A stretch of 52,147 bases of DNA. Origin: Alphaproteobacteria bacterium. GTDB taxonomy: Bacteria; Pseudomonadota; Alphaproteobacteria; UBA8366; GCA-2717185. Made by a program: the position numbers and the translations under genes. Where the stretch lies: positions 1 through 52,147 of the forward strand of contig JAJFJC010000002.1 of NCBI GenBank assembly GCA_021774385.1, written 5' to 3'. Every line of letters begins with the position of its first letter. The stretch's first letter is position 1. The notes beneath the pieces were generated by a model. That model was not told the origin of the DNA, searched no databases, and saw only the letters and a program-made list of their open reading frames with translations. Shown here one piece after another: positions 10,059 to 20,325 of this stretch.

Positions 10059-11231
10059 ATGGCACGACAGGGTGTCTTTCAGTACGCGGCGATCGACCGG
10101 GTCCGTTACGGTTCGCCGTTCCAGGAAGCCATAGCAGCGGAGTCCGCGAAAATCGGCGCGGAACGAATTTTTCTACTCGCAAGCCGAACATTGCTCCGTG
10201 AGTCAGACTGTCTCGACCGGCTAACAGACACTCTGGGAGATAGACTTGTCGGGTCCTACGACCAAATTGGCGCGCATACACCGCGTATAGCGGTCGTCGA
10301 AGCCGCGAACCTCGCCCGGGAAGCGGACGCCGACTTGATCGTCACATTGGGTGGCGGATCGGTCACCGATGGCGGGAAAATGGTTGTCTTATGTCTTGCA
10401 AACGGCGTCAGCGACGCCGCCGATCTTGACCGCTATTTCACGCAGATCTCCGATGACGGCACGGCCGAACAACCCGACTTGGCAACACCTCGCATTCGTA
10501 TGGTCACCGTGCCGACGACGCTCTCGGCCGGCGAGTTCAACCACACCGCCGGCTGTACCGATACCAAGCGGCGTTTGAAGCAATCATACCGGCACAGGCT
10601 TCTCGCTCCGCTAACCATCATACTTGATCCAGCACTTACAGTTCACACGCCGGAGTGGCTATGGCTGTCGACGGGTATCCGCGCCGTGGATCATGCGGTG
10701 GAAGACCTGTGTTCCCGCAATCCCTTGAGCTATGTCGACGGTGCCGCCATACATGCGTTGAAGTTGCTCAGCGGTGGATTGCGGCGCGTGAAAGCCGACC
10801 CAAGCGATCTTGACGCCCGGCTCGACTGTCAGACCGGGGCGTGGCTGTCGATGACCGGTGCAATGGCGGGCGTGACCAAAGGGGCGAGCCATGGCATTGG
10901 CCATGTCCTGGGTGGCACCGCGAACGTACCGCATGGATACACCTCCTGCGTAATGCTTCCAAACGTCTTGCGTTACAACGAACCTGACAACGCGGCGCGG
11001 CAAAAGATGGTGAGCGACGCCTTGGAACGACCGGAGGAGGCCGCGGCCGATATCATACGCGCACTCGTTACGACCCTCGATCTACCGACCACTTTACGAG
11101 ACGTTGGCGTATCACCGGATCAACTCGACGATATTGCCCATAACGCGATGGGTGACCGATGGATACACACCAACCCACGCAAGATTACATCCCCGGATCA
11201 GGTTCGCGAAATTCTCGACTTGGCCTGGTAG
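10059..11231 (+). CDS. Iron-containing alcohol dehydrogenase (maleylacetate reductase-like subgroup)
   Basis: GGGSVTD, VPTTLSAGE and metal-ligand motifs DHAVE, HGIGH and PHG. Confidence 0.88.
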   Translation: MARQGVFQYAAIDRVRYGSPFQEAIAAESAKIGAERIFLLASRTLLRESDCLDRLTDTLGDRLVGSYDQIGAHTPRIAVVEAANLAREADADLIVTLGGGSVTDGGKMVVLCLANGVSDAADLDRYFTQISDDGTAEQPDLATPRIRMVTVPTTLSAGEFNHTAGCTDTKRRLKQSYRHRLLAPLTIILDPALTVHTPEWLWLSTGIRAVDHAVEDLCSRNPLSYVDGAAIHALKLLSGGLRRVKADPSDLDARLDCQTGAWLSMTGAMAGVTKGASHGIGHVLGGTANVPHGYTSCVMLPNVLRYNEPDNAARQKMVSDALERPEEAAADIIRALVTTLDLPTTLRDVGVSPDQLDDIAHNAMGDRWIHTNPRKITSPDQVREILDLAW

Positions 11232-11240
11232 TCGTTAAGC

Positions 11241-12872
11241 ATGGAGATCGTAAACGGACTTCGTTTTGATAACATTCGCGGTGATATTTTCGGCGGATTG
11301 ACCGCGGCCGTCGTCGCGCTACCGCTAGCACTTGCCTTCGGCGTCGCATCCGGCGCCGGGCCGATCGCGGGAATATATGGCGCTATCGCGGTTGGGTTTT
11401 TCGCCGCGCTGTTCGGCGGCACGCCATCGCAGGTATCCGGACCAACGGGCCCCATGACGGTCGTCATGGCAGCTATCGTCATGCAGTATCAGCACGATCC
11501 CGCCATGGCCTTTACCGTGGTCGTTCTCGGCGGGTTCCTGCAAATTCTATTCGGCCTCTTTCGGATCGGTCACTTCATCGACCTGATGCCGTTTCCCGTT
11601 ATTTCCGGCTTCATGAGCGGTATCGGCTGCATCATCATTATTTTGCAAATTGCGCCGCTATTCGGTCAGGACATTCCACCGGGCGGCACGTTGAGTGCGC
11701 TTTCCGCATTGCCCGATACCATATTCAATCCGAACTGGGATGCCCTTATGGTCGGCATCCTATGTTTTGCGATAGGCATGTTCACGCCGGCACGCCTTGG
11801 CCGGCTCATGCCGGCACCGCTTATCGCATTATTCGTTGGAACCTTGGTGGTTGTTTTCGCCTTGCCGGCGGCCCCCGTCCTCGGTGAAGTTCCCACCGGA
11901 CTGCCGGCGTTTAGACTACCAACCTTCACGATCGAGGCACTCCCGCATATGGTTGGGTCGGCGTTCGTCCTCGCTACGCTTGGGTCACTGGATAGTTTGC
12001 TAGCATCGCTTATTGCCGACAACGTGACCCGTACCCACCACAAATCAGACCGAGAACTGATTGGCCAAGGAATCGGCAACATGGTCTCGGGCCTGATAGG
12101 CGGCTTACCGGGCGCGGGAGCAACAATGCGGACCGTCATCAACGTTCGCGCCGGCGGACAAACCCCCATTTCCGGCGCGCTGCACGCCCTGGTCCTGCTC
12201 GCGATCGTCCTTGGCCTGGCACCGCTCGCCGCGCATATTCCGAATGCCGTCCTTGCTGGAATTTTGATCAAGGTCGGAATCGACATTATCGACTGGAATT
12301 ATCTAAGACGAATTCGCCGCGCGCCCAAACAAGGCGTCTTTTTCATGATTGTCGTTCTCGGGTTGACCGTTTTCGTCGACTTGATCATCGCCGTTGCCGT
12401 TGGTGTGGTCATGGCGAGTCTGCTCTTCGTTAAGCGGATGGCCGATTTACAACAAGCGGACATCAGAAGCGCAACGGCACCGAACCCCGAATTCACGCTG
12501 ACGGCCGAAGAAACAGCGATCCTCGACGAGGCCGGCGGACGTTTGCTCCTGTTCAGCTTCGAAGGCCCTGTCAGCTTTGGTGTTGCCAAACGGCTGTCAC
12601 GCCGGCTTGGCATGGCGGACGATTATGCCGTGCTGATTTTGGACCTGTCGGCCGTGCCGTTGATCGATTCGAGCGCGTCTCTTGCACTGGAAGACGCCAT
12701 CTTGGATGCGATCCGACGGGATAGAGCCGTTTTCGTCGCGGGACTTTCACCGCGCGTGCGCGACACCCTGGATCGTATCGGTACCTTGGCGAAACTGCCG
12801 CGAGACTGTTGCCACGAAAACCGGCTGTCGGCCTTTCGCGCCGCGTCAACGGCAGCGAAGACCGGCCCGTAA
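11241..12872 (+). CDS. SulP family anion transporter with STAS domain (BicA-like)
   Basis: RGDIFGGLTAAVVALPLALAFG, SGPTG, ELIGQGIGN, GATMRT and STAS motif LDLSAVPLIDSS. Confidence 0.9.
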   Translation: MEIVNGLRFDNIRGDIFGGLTAAVVALPLALAFGVASGAGPIAGIYGAIAVGFFAALFGGTPSQVSGPTGPMTVVMAAIVMQYQHDPAMAFTVVVLGGFLQILFGLFRIGHFIDLMPFPVISGFMSGIGCIIIILQIAPLFGQDIPPGGTLSALSALPDTIFNPNWDALMVGILCFAIGMFTPARLGRLMPAPLIALFVGTLVVVFALPAAPVLGEVPTGLPAFRLPTFTIEALPHMVGSAFVLATLGSLDSLLASLIADNVTRTHHKSDRELIGQGIGNMVSGLIGGLPGAGATMRTVINVRAGGQTPISGALHALVLLAIVLGLAPLAAHIPNAVLAGILIKVGIDIIDWNYLRRIRRAPKQGVFFMIVVLGLTVFVDLIIAVAVGVVMASLLFVKRMADLQQADIRSATAPNPEFTLTAEETAILDEAGGRLLLFSFEGPVSFGVAKRLSRRLGMADDYAVLILDLSAVPLIDSSASLALEDAILDAIRRDRAVFVAGLSPRVRDTLDRIGTLAKLPRDCCHENRLSAFRAASTAAKTGP

Positions 12873-12876
12873 GGCG

Positions 12877-13770
12877 CTACGCCGCGTTGAGGGTCGCCGG
12901 AGTCTCGAGCCTAACCTCGGCATCATAGGCTTCCATCAATGTTTTCGTGACCTTGCCCGGCGTGAATTTATAGTCGCCGATTTCGCGCACCGGCGTCACC
13001 TCGACCGCGGTACCGGTTAAAAACACTTCCTTCGCACCAGCGAGCTCTTCCGGTTTGATATGGCGTTGCACGATTTCGTAACCGTGCACCTTCGCCAACG
13101 CCATAACCGTTCGTTTGGTAATGCCGTCGAGGAAGCAATCGGGTTCCGGCGTATGCAATTTACCGTCTTCCAGCAACATAAAGATATTCGCGCCTGTCGC
13201 TTCGGCGATGTAACCCCGGTAATCCAGCATGAGCGCGTCCGCGTAGCCTTCCTTCTCCGCATCATGCTTCGACAAGGTGCAGATCATGTACAATCCACCC
13301 GCTTTCGTCTTGCAGGGAATGGTCGCCGGATCGGGGCGTCGCCACTTTGCCCATTTCATGCGGATGCCGGTCATACGATCCGCGAAATAGTCAGGCCATT
13401 CCCATGCGGCGATGGCGACATGGGTCTTCGTTGTCTGCGCCGAAACACCCATCATTTCCGATCCACGCCAGACGATCGGCCGAAGATAGCCATCTTTGAT
13501 ACCTTGATTCTGAACGACCAATTTGCACGCGGCGTCTAATTCCTCGACCGTGTAAGGTATTTCCATATCCATCGACATCGCGCCCTCGAAAAGGCGTTCG
13601 GTATGTTGTCTCAGCTTGAAAATACGACCGTCATAGGCGCGCTCGCCCTCGAAAACGCAAGATGCGTAATGCAGCGCATGAGACAGCACATGTACATTCG
13701 CCTCTTTCCAGGGCACCAATTCGCCATCGAACCAAATATGGCCAGGTCGATCATCGTAGCTCATTTCCAT
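12877..13770 (-). CDS. ilvE: Branched-chain amino acid aminotransferase
   Basis: HALHYAS.VFEG.R, PLP lysine in KAGGLY, E..GANIF, LDGIT and GTAVEVTPV. Confidence 0.93.
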   Translation of the reverse strand: MEMSYDDRPGHIWFDGELVPWKEANVHVLSHALHYASCVFEGERAYDGRIFKLRQHTERLFEGAMSMDMEIPYTVEELDAACKLVVQNQGIKDGYLRPIVWRGSEMMGVSAQTTKTHVAIAAWEWPDYFADRMTGIRMKWAKWRRPDPATIPCKTKAGGLYMICTLSKHDAEKEGYADALMLDYRGYIAEATGANIFMLLEDGKLHTPEPDCFLDGITKRTVMALAKVHGYEIVQRHIKPEELAGAKEVFLTGTAVEVTPVREIGDYKFTPGKVTKTLMEAYDAEVRLETPATLNAA

Positions 13771-13935
13771 AACTTATCTCCCTTGGCGTCTCGCCAAACG
13801 TCGCCGCGTCAATTTTTATGGCCGGGCATTGCCTAAACATTCTAACTTGCGTGGATGCGAAAGTTTCCCCCAATATCGTCGAAAACGTAACATCCCATCA
13901 CAAATTCGGTCTGCGTTGTAACATTCGGTCTTTTT

Positions 13936-13956
13936 TATGTCAACAATACTGACATA
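13936..13956. promoter_or_regulatory. Perfect palindrome TATGTCA-N7-TGACATA, likely operator of the adjacent MarR regulator
   Basis: Exact 7-7-7 inverted repeat in the divergent ilvE/marR spacer. Confidence 0.65.
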
Positions 13957-13988
13957 CTTTTTTGACGTCATAGGAAGCGAGCCACATC

Positions 13989-14492
13989 GTGAAAACGCCG
14001 GTAGATCATAGCGCAAAGCCGCAGTTCCTGCGCGACGAGGAACTTCGCCAAGGAATCGAGATGCTTTTCTATGCCTATCGCGACTTTATCGCGGAGCCCG
14101 ACGCGATTCTTCGCCGGTCGGGTTTTGGGCGAGCCCATCACCGCGTCATCTATTTCGTTGGGCGTTATCCCGATACGACGGTTTCCGCGCTTCTCGACAT
14201 TCTGCAAATCACAAAACAAAGTTTGAGCCGGGTTCTAGGGCAACTCATCCGCGAGGGATACATCAACCAGGACAAGGGGCTTCGGGATCGGCGTCAACGG
14301 CTTTTAAGCTTGACCGAAAAAGGCCGAAAACTCGAACGCCGTCTCACCGCCGATCAAAGAGCACGCTTCGCCAGGGCTTATAGCGAGGCCGGAGCCGACG
14401 CCGTGGAAGGTTTTCGAAAGGTAATACTGGAACTGATTTCCCGCGACGAAGACCGCGGACGCTTCAAACCGTTTGATTGCGACAATCTCTAA
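13989..14492 (+). CDS. MarR family transcriptional regulator (PetP-like)
   Basis: LRQGIEMLFYAYRDF, GRAHHR, ITKQSLSRVL and DRRQRLL.LT wHTH; lies upstream of an OmpR/EnvZ pair. Confidence 0.9.
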   Translation: MKTPVDHSAKPQFLRDEELRQGIEMLFYAYRDFIAEPDAILRRSGFGRAHHRVIYFVGRYPDTTVSALLDILQITKQSLSRVLGQLIREGYINQDKGLRDRRQRLLSLTEKGRKLERRLTADQRARFARAYSEAGADAVEGFRKVILELISRDEDRGRFKPFDCDNL

Positions 14493-14535
14493 AACGCGCG
14501 ATGCATTCGCGATGGACCCGCAGTATACTTTCATC

Positions 14536-15216
14536 ATGACTCCGGAAATGTCTCATATATTGGTCGTCGACGACGATAGACGACTCCGGGAACTGCTTCA
14601 GAAATACCTGATGGACAACGGTTTCCGAGTTACCGTGGCCGTCGACGCGGAAGATGCGCGTCAGCGTCTACGGGCGATGCAGTTCGACCTGATCATCATG
14701 GATCGAATGATGCCTGGCGAAGATGGGCTGGCGTTTACGCGTTCGATCCGCATAGGCAGCACGGTACCCATTCTAATGCTGACGGCAATGGGAGAAACCG
14801 AGGCAAGAATTGACGGTCTCGAAAGTGGCGTCGACGACTACCTTTCGAAGCCATTCGAACCACGCGAACTGGTTTTGCGCATTGGCATGATTTTACGGCG
14901 TGCGCAAACCATCCCAACCGACAGAGAAATTCATCTCGGCGACTACATATTCGATTTGGACCGCGAGATTCTGCGGGGCGACGCCGGTGCGTTGAAGTTG
15001 ACGACTAGCGAAGCAAGCCTACTTCGCGTTCTAGCGGAAAATGCCGGCCGGATCTTGAGTCGGGAAGCGCTGACCCGCCTGTGCGACATCGATGGCACCG
15101 ACCGAATGATCGACGTTCAGGTAACACGATTGCGACGAAAAATCGAACCGGACTCGAAGGCGCCACGATACCTGCAAACCGTGCGTGGGCAGGGATATGT
15201 GCTGCGGCCGGATTAA
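14536..15216 (+). CDS. OmpR family response regulator (PetR/OmpR-like)
   Basis: ILVVDDD receiver, D.MMPGEDG, KPF and wHTH R.IDVQVTRLRRKIE...TVRGQGY. Start set at the ATG at 14536. Confidence 0.92.
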   Translation: MTPEMSHILVVDDDRRLRELLQKYLMDNGFRVTVAVDAEDARQRLRAMQFDLIIMDRMMPGEDGLAFTRSIRIGSTVPILMLTAMGETEARIDGLESGVDDYLSKPFEPRELVLRIGMILRRAQTIPTDREIHLGDYIFDLDREILRGDAGALKLTTSEASLLRVLAENAGRILSREALTRLCDIDGTDRMIDVQVTRLRRKIEPDSKAPRYLQTVRGQGYVLRPD

Positions 15217-15219
15217 CGC

Positions 15220-16542
15220 ATGCAACCTGCTCTCCTAATCAAACGATTCCTTCCCCGCACGCTGTTTGGGCGATCCTTGTTGATCATCGTATCACCACTG
15301 ATTCTGCTTCAGGTCATATCGACTCATATTTTCTACGACCGTCACTGGGATACGATAACGCGGCGCCTTTCGAGTTCCATCGCCGGCGACATAGCCATGA
15401 TATTGAATACGCTTCGGGAGAAGCCGGCACCGGCGGATCACGCCGCGATTTTCGAACAGGCGCGCAACACATTCGGCTTCACAATCACACTGGAACCCGG
15501 CGTCATCCTACCAAACAAGGAATCACCGACGAACGAGCGGATCGACAAATTTCTCACTGTCGCACTACAGCAGCGTATCAGCCGACCATTTCAAATCGAT
15601 ACGTCGTCTTTCAAGAAAAAAGTCATCATCGAGGTGCAGCTGGCAAATGCCGTGCTGCGCGTGGTGGCGCCGGGAGACCGCCTTTTCAGCTCCACAACCT
15701 ACATCTTCATTATGTGGATGGTTGGTTCGTCATTGATCCTGTTTGCCGTGGCGTCAATATTCATGCGCAACCAAATTCGCCCCATTCGCCGATTGGCCCG
15801 CGCCGTCGACAGCTTCGGCAAGGGCAGGCCGGTGGACGAGGACTTTCGATCCGGCGGCGCGCAAGAGGTCCGTCAAGCGGCTACGGCATTCAATCTCATG
15901 CGCGAGCGCATTCAGCGGCAAATTAGACAACGGACCGATATGCTATCGGGCGTCAGCCACGACTTACGCACACCGCTAACCCGCATGAAGCTGCAATTGG
16001 CAATGCTCGGCAAGTCGCCGGAAATCGACGAACTGAAAGCCGATGTCGATGAAATGGAAAAAATGATCGAAGGCTATCTGACTTTCGCGCGCGGCGAAGG
16101 TGATGAGGAAGCGTTCGAAACGGACCTAAGCAACACCGTCGAGGAAGTCGTGGCACAGTGGAAACGAAATGGTGCAACCATCGATGCTCATGTCGAAGGG
16201 CGTCTCGAGGCTTGGTGCCGCCCCAATGCCATCAAGCGCTGCCTCGACAACCTAATCGCCAACGCCAACCGCTATGGCACGCAAATCTGGTTACGCGCGG
16301 GAAAACGCGGTGACGTAACGGAGATCGCCATCGACGATGATGGCACAGGAATCGCGGAGGAATCACGAGAAGCGGTGTTCCGCCCGTTTTACCGTCTCGA
16401 CCAATCTCGAAATCCAGAAACAGGCGGAACCGGGCTTGGGCTCGCTATTGCCCGCGATATCGCCCGCTCGCATGGCGGCGACATATTATTGGAAACGTCG
16501 CCACATGGTGGTCTCCGCGCCCGGGTCAGATTACCTTTATGA
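15220..16542 (+). CDS. Sensor histidine kinase, EnvZ-like
   Basis: Two TM helices, HAMP, H-box SHDLRTPL, N-box NLIANA, and G-boxes DDGTGI and GTGLGL. Confidence 0.93.
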   Translation: MQPALLIKRFLPRTLFGRSLLIIVSPLILLQVISTHIFYDRHWDTITRRLSSSIAGDIAMILNTLREKPAPADHAAIFEQARNTFGFTITLEPGVILPNKESPTNERIDKFLTVALQQRISRPFQIDTSSFKKKVIIEVQLANAVLRVVAPGDRLFSSTTYIFIMWMVGSSLILFAVASIFMRNQIRPIRRLARAVDSFGKGRPVDEDFRSGGAQEVRQAATAFNLMRERIQRQIRQRTDMLSGVSHDLRTPLTRMKLQLAMLGKSPEIDELKADVDEMEKMIEGYLTFARGEGDEEAFETDLSNTVEEVVAQWKRNGATIDAHVEGRLEAWCRPNAIKRCLDNLIANANRYGTQIWLRAGKRGDVTEIAIDDDGTGIAEESREAVFRPFYRLDQSRNPETGGTGLGLAIARDIARSHGGDILLETSPHGGLRARVRLPL

Positions 16543-16672
16543 CATCGTCGCGAATCGGCCGTAATATCTCCCCAGCTTTCATACTCGCCCGTTCGGGCGA
16601 TGTATGGCGTAAATTTCTGTCAGATAAGGTACAGGCACCAACCGTTGTGACGATCAATCGGTTCTTCTTACG

Positions 16673-17899
16673 ATGACTCAACGACCCCGCAGCGTGACAG
16701 CGAACGATAGAGTTCTGGATCCGAGCATGCTCAAGATCCTGAATCGCCATCAACTATGGTTGAGCAACCAGAATGGTGGGCAGCAAGCGGACTTTTCGCG
16801 CAAGGAATTGCTTCATAAGGATTTTTCCCGAAAATCATTGGAGCGCGCCACGCTTGTCGGCGCAAATCTACAATCCGCCAAACTGGTGGACGTAAATCTA
16901 ATCGAGGCGGACTTGTTCGGCGCCGACCTTTCCGGGGTCGATCTGCGCGGCGCCGATCTCACGAAAGCAGTTCTAAAGGGGGCTACGTTACAGGGATCGA
17001 ATCTAGAAAACGCCATATTAACCGATGCCGACCTTAGAGGCGGCATCATTCTCGAAGCGGATGGCAATAACACGCTTGGCCGAGAAAACACGAACCTTTC
17101 CGATTGTTTCATGAATTACGCCACGATGCGCCGCGCCCGCATGTCCGGCGTCGATTTGCGCGGGGCACGGCTGGTCGGTGCGAATCTTGAAGGTGCTTTT
17201 CTATTTGGCGCCGACCTATCGGGCACCGACCTGAGCAACGCAAACCTGCGCGGAGCGGATCTATCCGACGCCAGGCTCTCGCAAACTCGACTCGAGCGCG
17301 CCGACCTGCGGGGGACGCAGTTGCGTAACGCCGTATTCGAAGGAACCGATTTACGCGGCGCCCTGTTGAACGATGAACAGCACGCGGAAATCGATTCCGG
17401 CAACTGTACACTTGGCGATCCCGTTAGCTGGATCGCCTTCGATGACTTCCCCGAACGTCTACGCAGTGCGCTCAACGCTCATATCAATTGGTTGGAATCC
17501 GGCGGAAATAAAGGCAAGCCTGGGTTTCTATCGGGCGAAACCTTCGAATATTTCGACCTCACCGGCCGCAACTTGAGTGGCATGAAGCTAAAGGGAGCCC
17601 GCCTCCGGGGCGCCAACCTGCAAGGCAGCACACTCACGCTATGCGATTTACGTGATGCCGATTTGCGCGGCGCGAATCTGGAAAACACGAAACTGGTCGG
17701 CGTCATCATGACGGGAGCAGACCTGACCGGCGCCCGCTTAAAGGGCGCGCGAGGCGGTTCTATTTCAATTCTTACGAAAGACGGCCAGCCAACCGGTAAC
17801 ATTCGTCAGCCGTCGCTGGAAAACGCAATTCTTACCGACGCCGACCTTTCGGATATCGATTTATCGGAATTTAAAATGGCCGGTGCAAAACGAAATTGA
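16673..17899 (+). CDS. Pentapeptide repeat protein
   Basis: Long runs of A(D/N)LxG repeats; two copies of an H..WL...G cap motif. Confidence 0.9.
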   Translation: MTQRPRSVTANDRVLDPSMLKILNRHQLWLSNQNGGQQADFSRKELLHKDFSRKSLERATLVGANLQSAKLVDVNLIEADLFGADLSGVDLRGADLTKAVLKGATLQGSNLENAILTDADLRGGIILEADGNNTLGRENTNLSDCFMNYATMRRARMSGVDLRGARLVGANLEGAFLFGADLSGTDLSNANLRGADLSDARLSQTRLERADLRGTQLRNAVFEGTDLRGALLNDEQHAEIDSGNCTLGDPVSWIAFDDFPERLRSALNAHINWLESGGNKGKPGFLSGETFEYFDLTGRNLSGMKLKGARLRGANLQGSTLTLCDLRDADLRGANLENTKLVGVIMTGADLTGARLKGARGGSISILTKDGQPTGNIRQPSLENAILTDADLSDIDLSEFKMAGAKRN

Positions 17900-17903
17900 A
17901 CCG

Positions 17904-18422
17904 TTATTTAGTTTCTTCAATTTTATCCAAAACGACAAAATCATAGTCTGGCATATCCCCATTGGATTTATGGGAAGTTCGTTCCGCCTCTTGCCAGACT
18001 TCGGAGCTATAGGGCGGGAACTGAACATCGCCATCAATATCGCGCAGAATTTCCGTCATATAAATCCGGTCGGCGAATGGCAGCGTGACCGCATAAATTT
18101 CACTACCACCGATCACCATGATTTCGGTTACGCCGTCGGCGCTTGCGACTTTCCTTGCCGCGTCGATTGCCGTCGATAGATCTTCGACGACGACAATACC
18201 GTCGGCTGTATAGTCGGTATTTCGCGTGACCACGATACTGGTCCTTCCGGGTAACGGGCGACCGATCGATTCGAAGGTCTTCCGCCCCATGATCATCGGC
18301 TTGCCCATCGTGACAGCCTTAAACCGCCGCAAATCCTCGGGAATATGCCATGGTAAGCCGCCGTCTTTACCGATAACACGATTACGCGCCATCGCCACGA
18401 CAAGGCAAAGGCGAGCCTTCAC
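17904..18422 (-). CDS. folA: Dihydrofolate reductase
   Basis: [32 protein letters not shown] and GD..FP. Confidence 0.96.
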   Translation of the reverse strand: MKARLCLVVAMARNRVIGKDGGLPWHIPEDLRRFKAVTMGKPMIMGRKTFESIGRPLPGRTSIVVTRNTDYTADGIVVVEDLSTAIDAARKVASADGVTEIMVIGGSEIYAVTLPFADRIYMTEILRDIDGDVQFPPYSSEVWQEAERTSHKSNGDMPDYDFVVLDKIEETK

Positions 18423-19213
18423 ACGGCGACCTTCCCGGCAATGTGAGGATGGGTTTCGTAATTCTCCAAGGAGAAATCCTCGTAACGGAACGAAAAAAGA
18501 TCGCTGACATCCGGATTAAGCTTCATAACCGGTAACGCGTATGGCGTCCGTTGGAGTTGAATATCGACCTGTTCCAAATGGTTCGCATAAATATGCGCAT
18601 CGCCAAAGCTGTGCACGAACTCTCCGGGACGCAAACCGGTCGCGTGCGCCATCATGAGCGTGAGCAAGGCATAAGATGCGATATTGAAAGGCACGCCGAT
18701 AAAAATATCAGCGCTACGTTGGTATAGCTGGCAGGACAGTTTCCCCTCGGCAACATAAAACTGGAAAAGGCAATGACAGGGCGGCAAGGCCATCTCTTCG
18801 ACCAGCGCGACATTCCACGCGCAAACGATATGGCGCCGAGAGTTGGGATTTGTTTTAATTTGTTCGACAAGCTGGCCAACCTGATCGATATGTTCTCCGC
18901 CAGGAGCCGGCCACGAACGCCATTGCGCCCCATAAACCGGCCCTAGTTCGCCGTTTTCATCCGCCCATTCGTCCCAAATTCGGACCCCATTTTCCTTAAG
19001 GTAGGCGATATTCGTATCGCCCGCGAGAAACCAGAGCAATTCGTGAACGATTGACCGCAAATGAAGTTTCTTGGTGGTCAGCATCGGAAAGCCGCGCGCC
19101 AAGTCAAACCGCATCTGGTGTCCGAAAATACTGTGGGTCCCAATACCGGTGCGGTCTTCCTTATAGGTACCAGTTTTGCGGGCTAGCCGCATAAGATCGA
19201 GATATTGTTCCAT
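18419..19213 (-). CDS. thyA: Thymidylate synthase
   Basis: DRTG.GT, MALPPCH catalytic Cys, YQRSAD.F.GVPFN and C-terminal VAV. Starting at the ATG at 19213 gives 264 aa. Confidence 0.97.
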   Translation of the reverse strand: MEQYLDLMRLARKTGTYKEDRTGIGTHSIFGHQMRFDLARGFPMLTTKKLHLRSIVHELLWFLAGDTNIAYLKENGVRIWDEWADENGELGPVYGAQWRSWPAPGGEHIDQVGQLVEQIKTNPNSRRHIVCAWNVALVEEMALPPCHCLFQFYVAEGKLSCQLYQRSADIFIGVPFNIASYALLTLMMAHATGLRPGEFVHSFGDAHIYANHLEQVDIQLQRTPYALPVMKLNPDVSDLFSFRYEDFSLENYETHPHIAGKVAV

Positions 19214-19316
19214 GGCACCCGTAGTTTTATCCGATTCGCGCCATCCGAATATCATATTTTTCCATCTTGGGTCATCGAACCTTTTTTTATTCACTTGAAA
19301 GGCCTATATTTCATTT

Positions 19317-19620
19317 GTCGGGAGACCGACTATGGCGTTACAGGGCCTTATGGAATAAGCGTTGCGGACCCGGGGGCGGTACCCGGCGCCTCCACCAAAT
19401 TCCGGAATTCTTCGGATGGTGTCATGGGGGCGAAATAGGATCGACGCGCGTGGTAAAGATTTGGTTTGCGCCCGGCATGGTACCGCCGTTATCGGGCCGA
19501 TTCGCTAATTGCGAACGATAACTTTGCGGGCGAAGCCCGTCTCGCTGCTTAGTCTGACTAAGTAAGCGCGGCCCGGGGGGCGCCGGGCAACAGAAGCCCC
19601 CCACTAAGTTGTTCGGCACG
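19317..19620 (+). ncRNA. ssrA: tmRNA, circularly permuted two-piece alphaproteobacterial form; outer ends approximate
   Basis: The acceptor piece ends CCGGG-GGCGGTA-CCCGG-CGCCTCC-ACCA at 19397. After an intervening segment (19398-19425) the coding piece starts GGGGGCGAAATAGGATCGAC at 19426 with a G3:U70 pair. The tag frame at 19511-19552 encodes ANDNFAGEARLAA*. Confidence 0.95.
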
Positions 19621-19657
19621 GGTTGTGTCGAAAGCCAGTTCGCATAGCAGAGGGATC

Positions 19658-20176
19658 ATGACGGAAGACATGATGCGATACGACCTTATGGTCGAAGGTG
19701 CGTTGCGTGCCGTCGTGCGAGAAACGATGGAGCGAATTGCCAGGGAAGGGTTGCCCGGCGAACATCACCTTTACATTACATTCCGCACGCACGAGACCGA
19801 TGTACAAATCCCGGAATACCTAACCGAACGGTACCCGGACGAAATGACTATCGTGCTTCAGCACCAATACGAAAAATTGGACGTTGGTGAAGACGGGTTT
19901 TCCGTTGCACTGAATTTCAACGATATACAGGAGCTTCTGAAGATTCCATTTGGGGCCATTTCCGCCTTCGCCGATCCATCGGCTAATTTTGGTCTTCAGT
20001 TCAAATTCGATGAAGCGGAAGAATCGACACCCGGCCAATTCGTTACGCCCGATTCCCAGGCTTCCGTTGAAGGGCAAAACGATTCCAATCCGGAACCGAC
20101 TACGGAATCCGTCGAGGCACCGAAAAAACCGGACGGCAACGTCGTAACGCTTGATACGTTCCGAAAAAATAAATAA
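19658..20176 (+). CDS. sspB: ClpXP adaptor SspB (alphaproteobacterial type)
   Basis: [35 protein letters not shown] and C-terminal [10 protein letters not shown]; directly follows ssrA. Confidence 0.92.
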   Translation: MTEDMMRYDLMVEGALRAVVRETMERIAREGLPGEHHLYITFRTHETDVQIPEYLTERYPDEMTIVLQHQYEKLDVGEDGFSVALNFNDIQELLKIPFGAISAFADPSANFGLQFKFDEAEESTPGQFVTPDSQASVEGQNDSNPEPTTESVEAPKKPDGNVVTLDTFRKNK

Positions 20177-20325
20177 GACGGTCGCTCGGTTTCACCGAGA
20201 CCACCCTTCAATTCAACCTTCCTCTTAAAAAATTCAAATCGGATCACACCCAGTATGGTGCCCGACCACGGGGCACGGTAAGCTTCAAATATGGGTTTCG
20301 AGTTGTTGCAAAGGGGGGAAGCACC

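Noticed and set aside
19214-19294. Longer N-terminus of thyA
   Set aside because: The ATG at 19213 gives the canonical 264-aa ThyA; the extension runs into the thyA/ssrA promoter region.
19340-19430. tmRNA 3' end as an island or prophage attachment site
   Set aside because: No integrase nearby, no duplicated 3'-end repeat seen, and thyA-ssrA-sspB synteny is intact.
19205-19619. Short ORFs at 19205-19438, 19267-19521 and 19422-19619
   Set aside because: They overlie the tmRNA gene and have no protein-like features.
20180-20202. Hairpin after sspB as a terminator
   Set aside because: The stem CTCGGT-ttc-ACCGAG is present but has no U tract, so it is not supportable as an intrinsic terminator.
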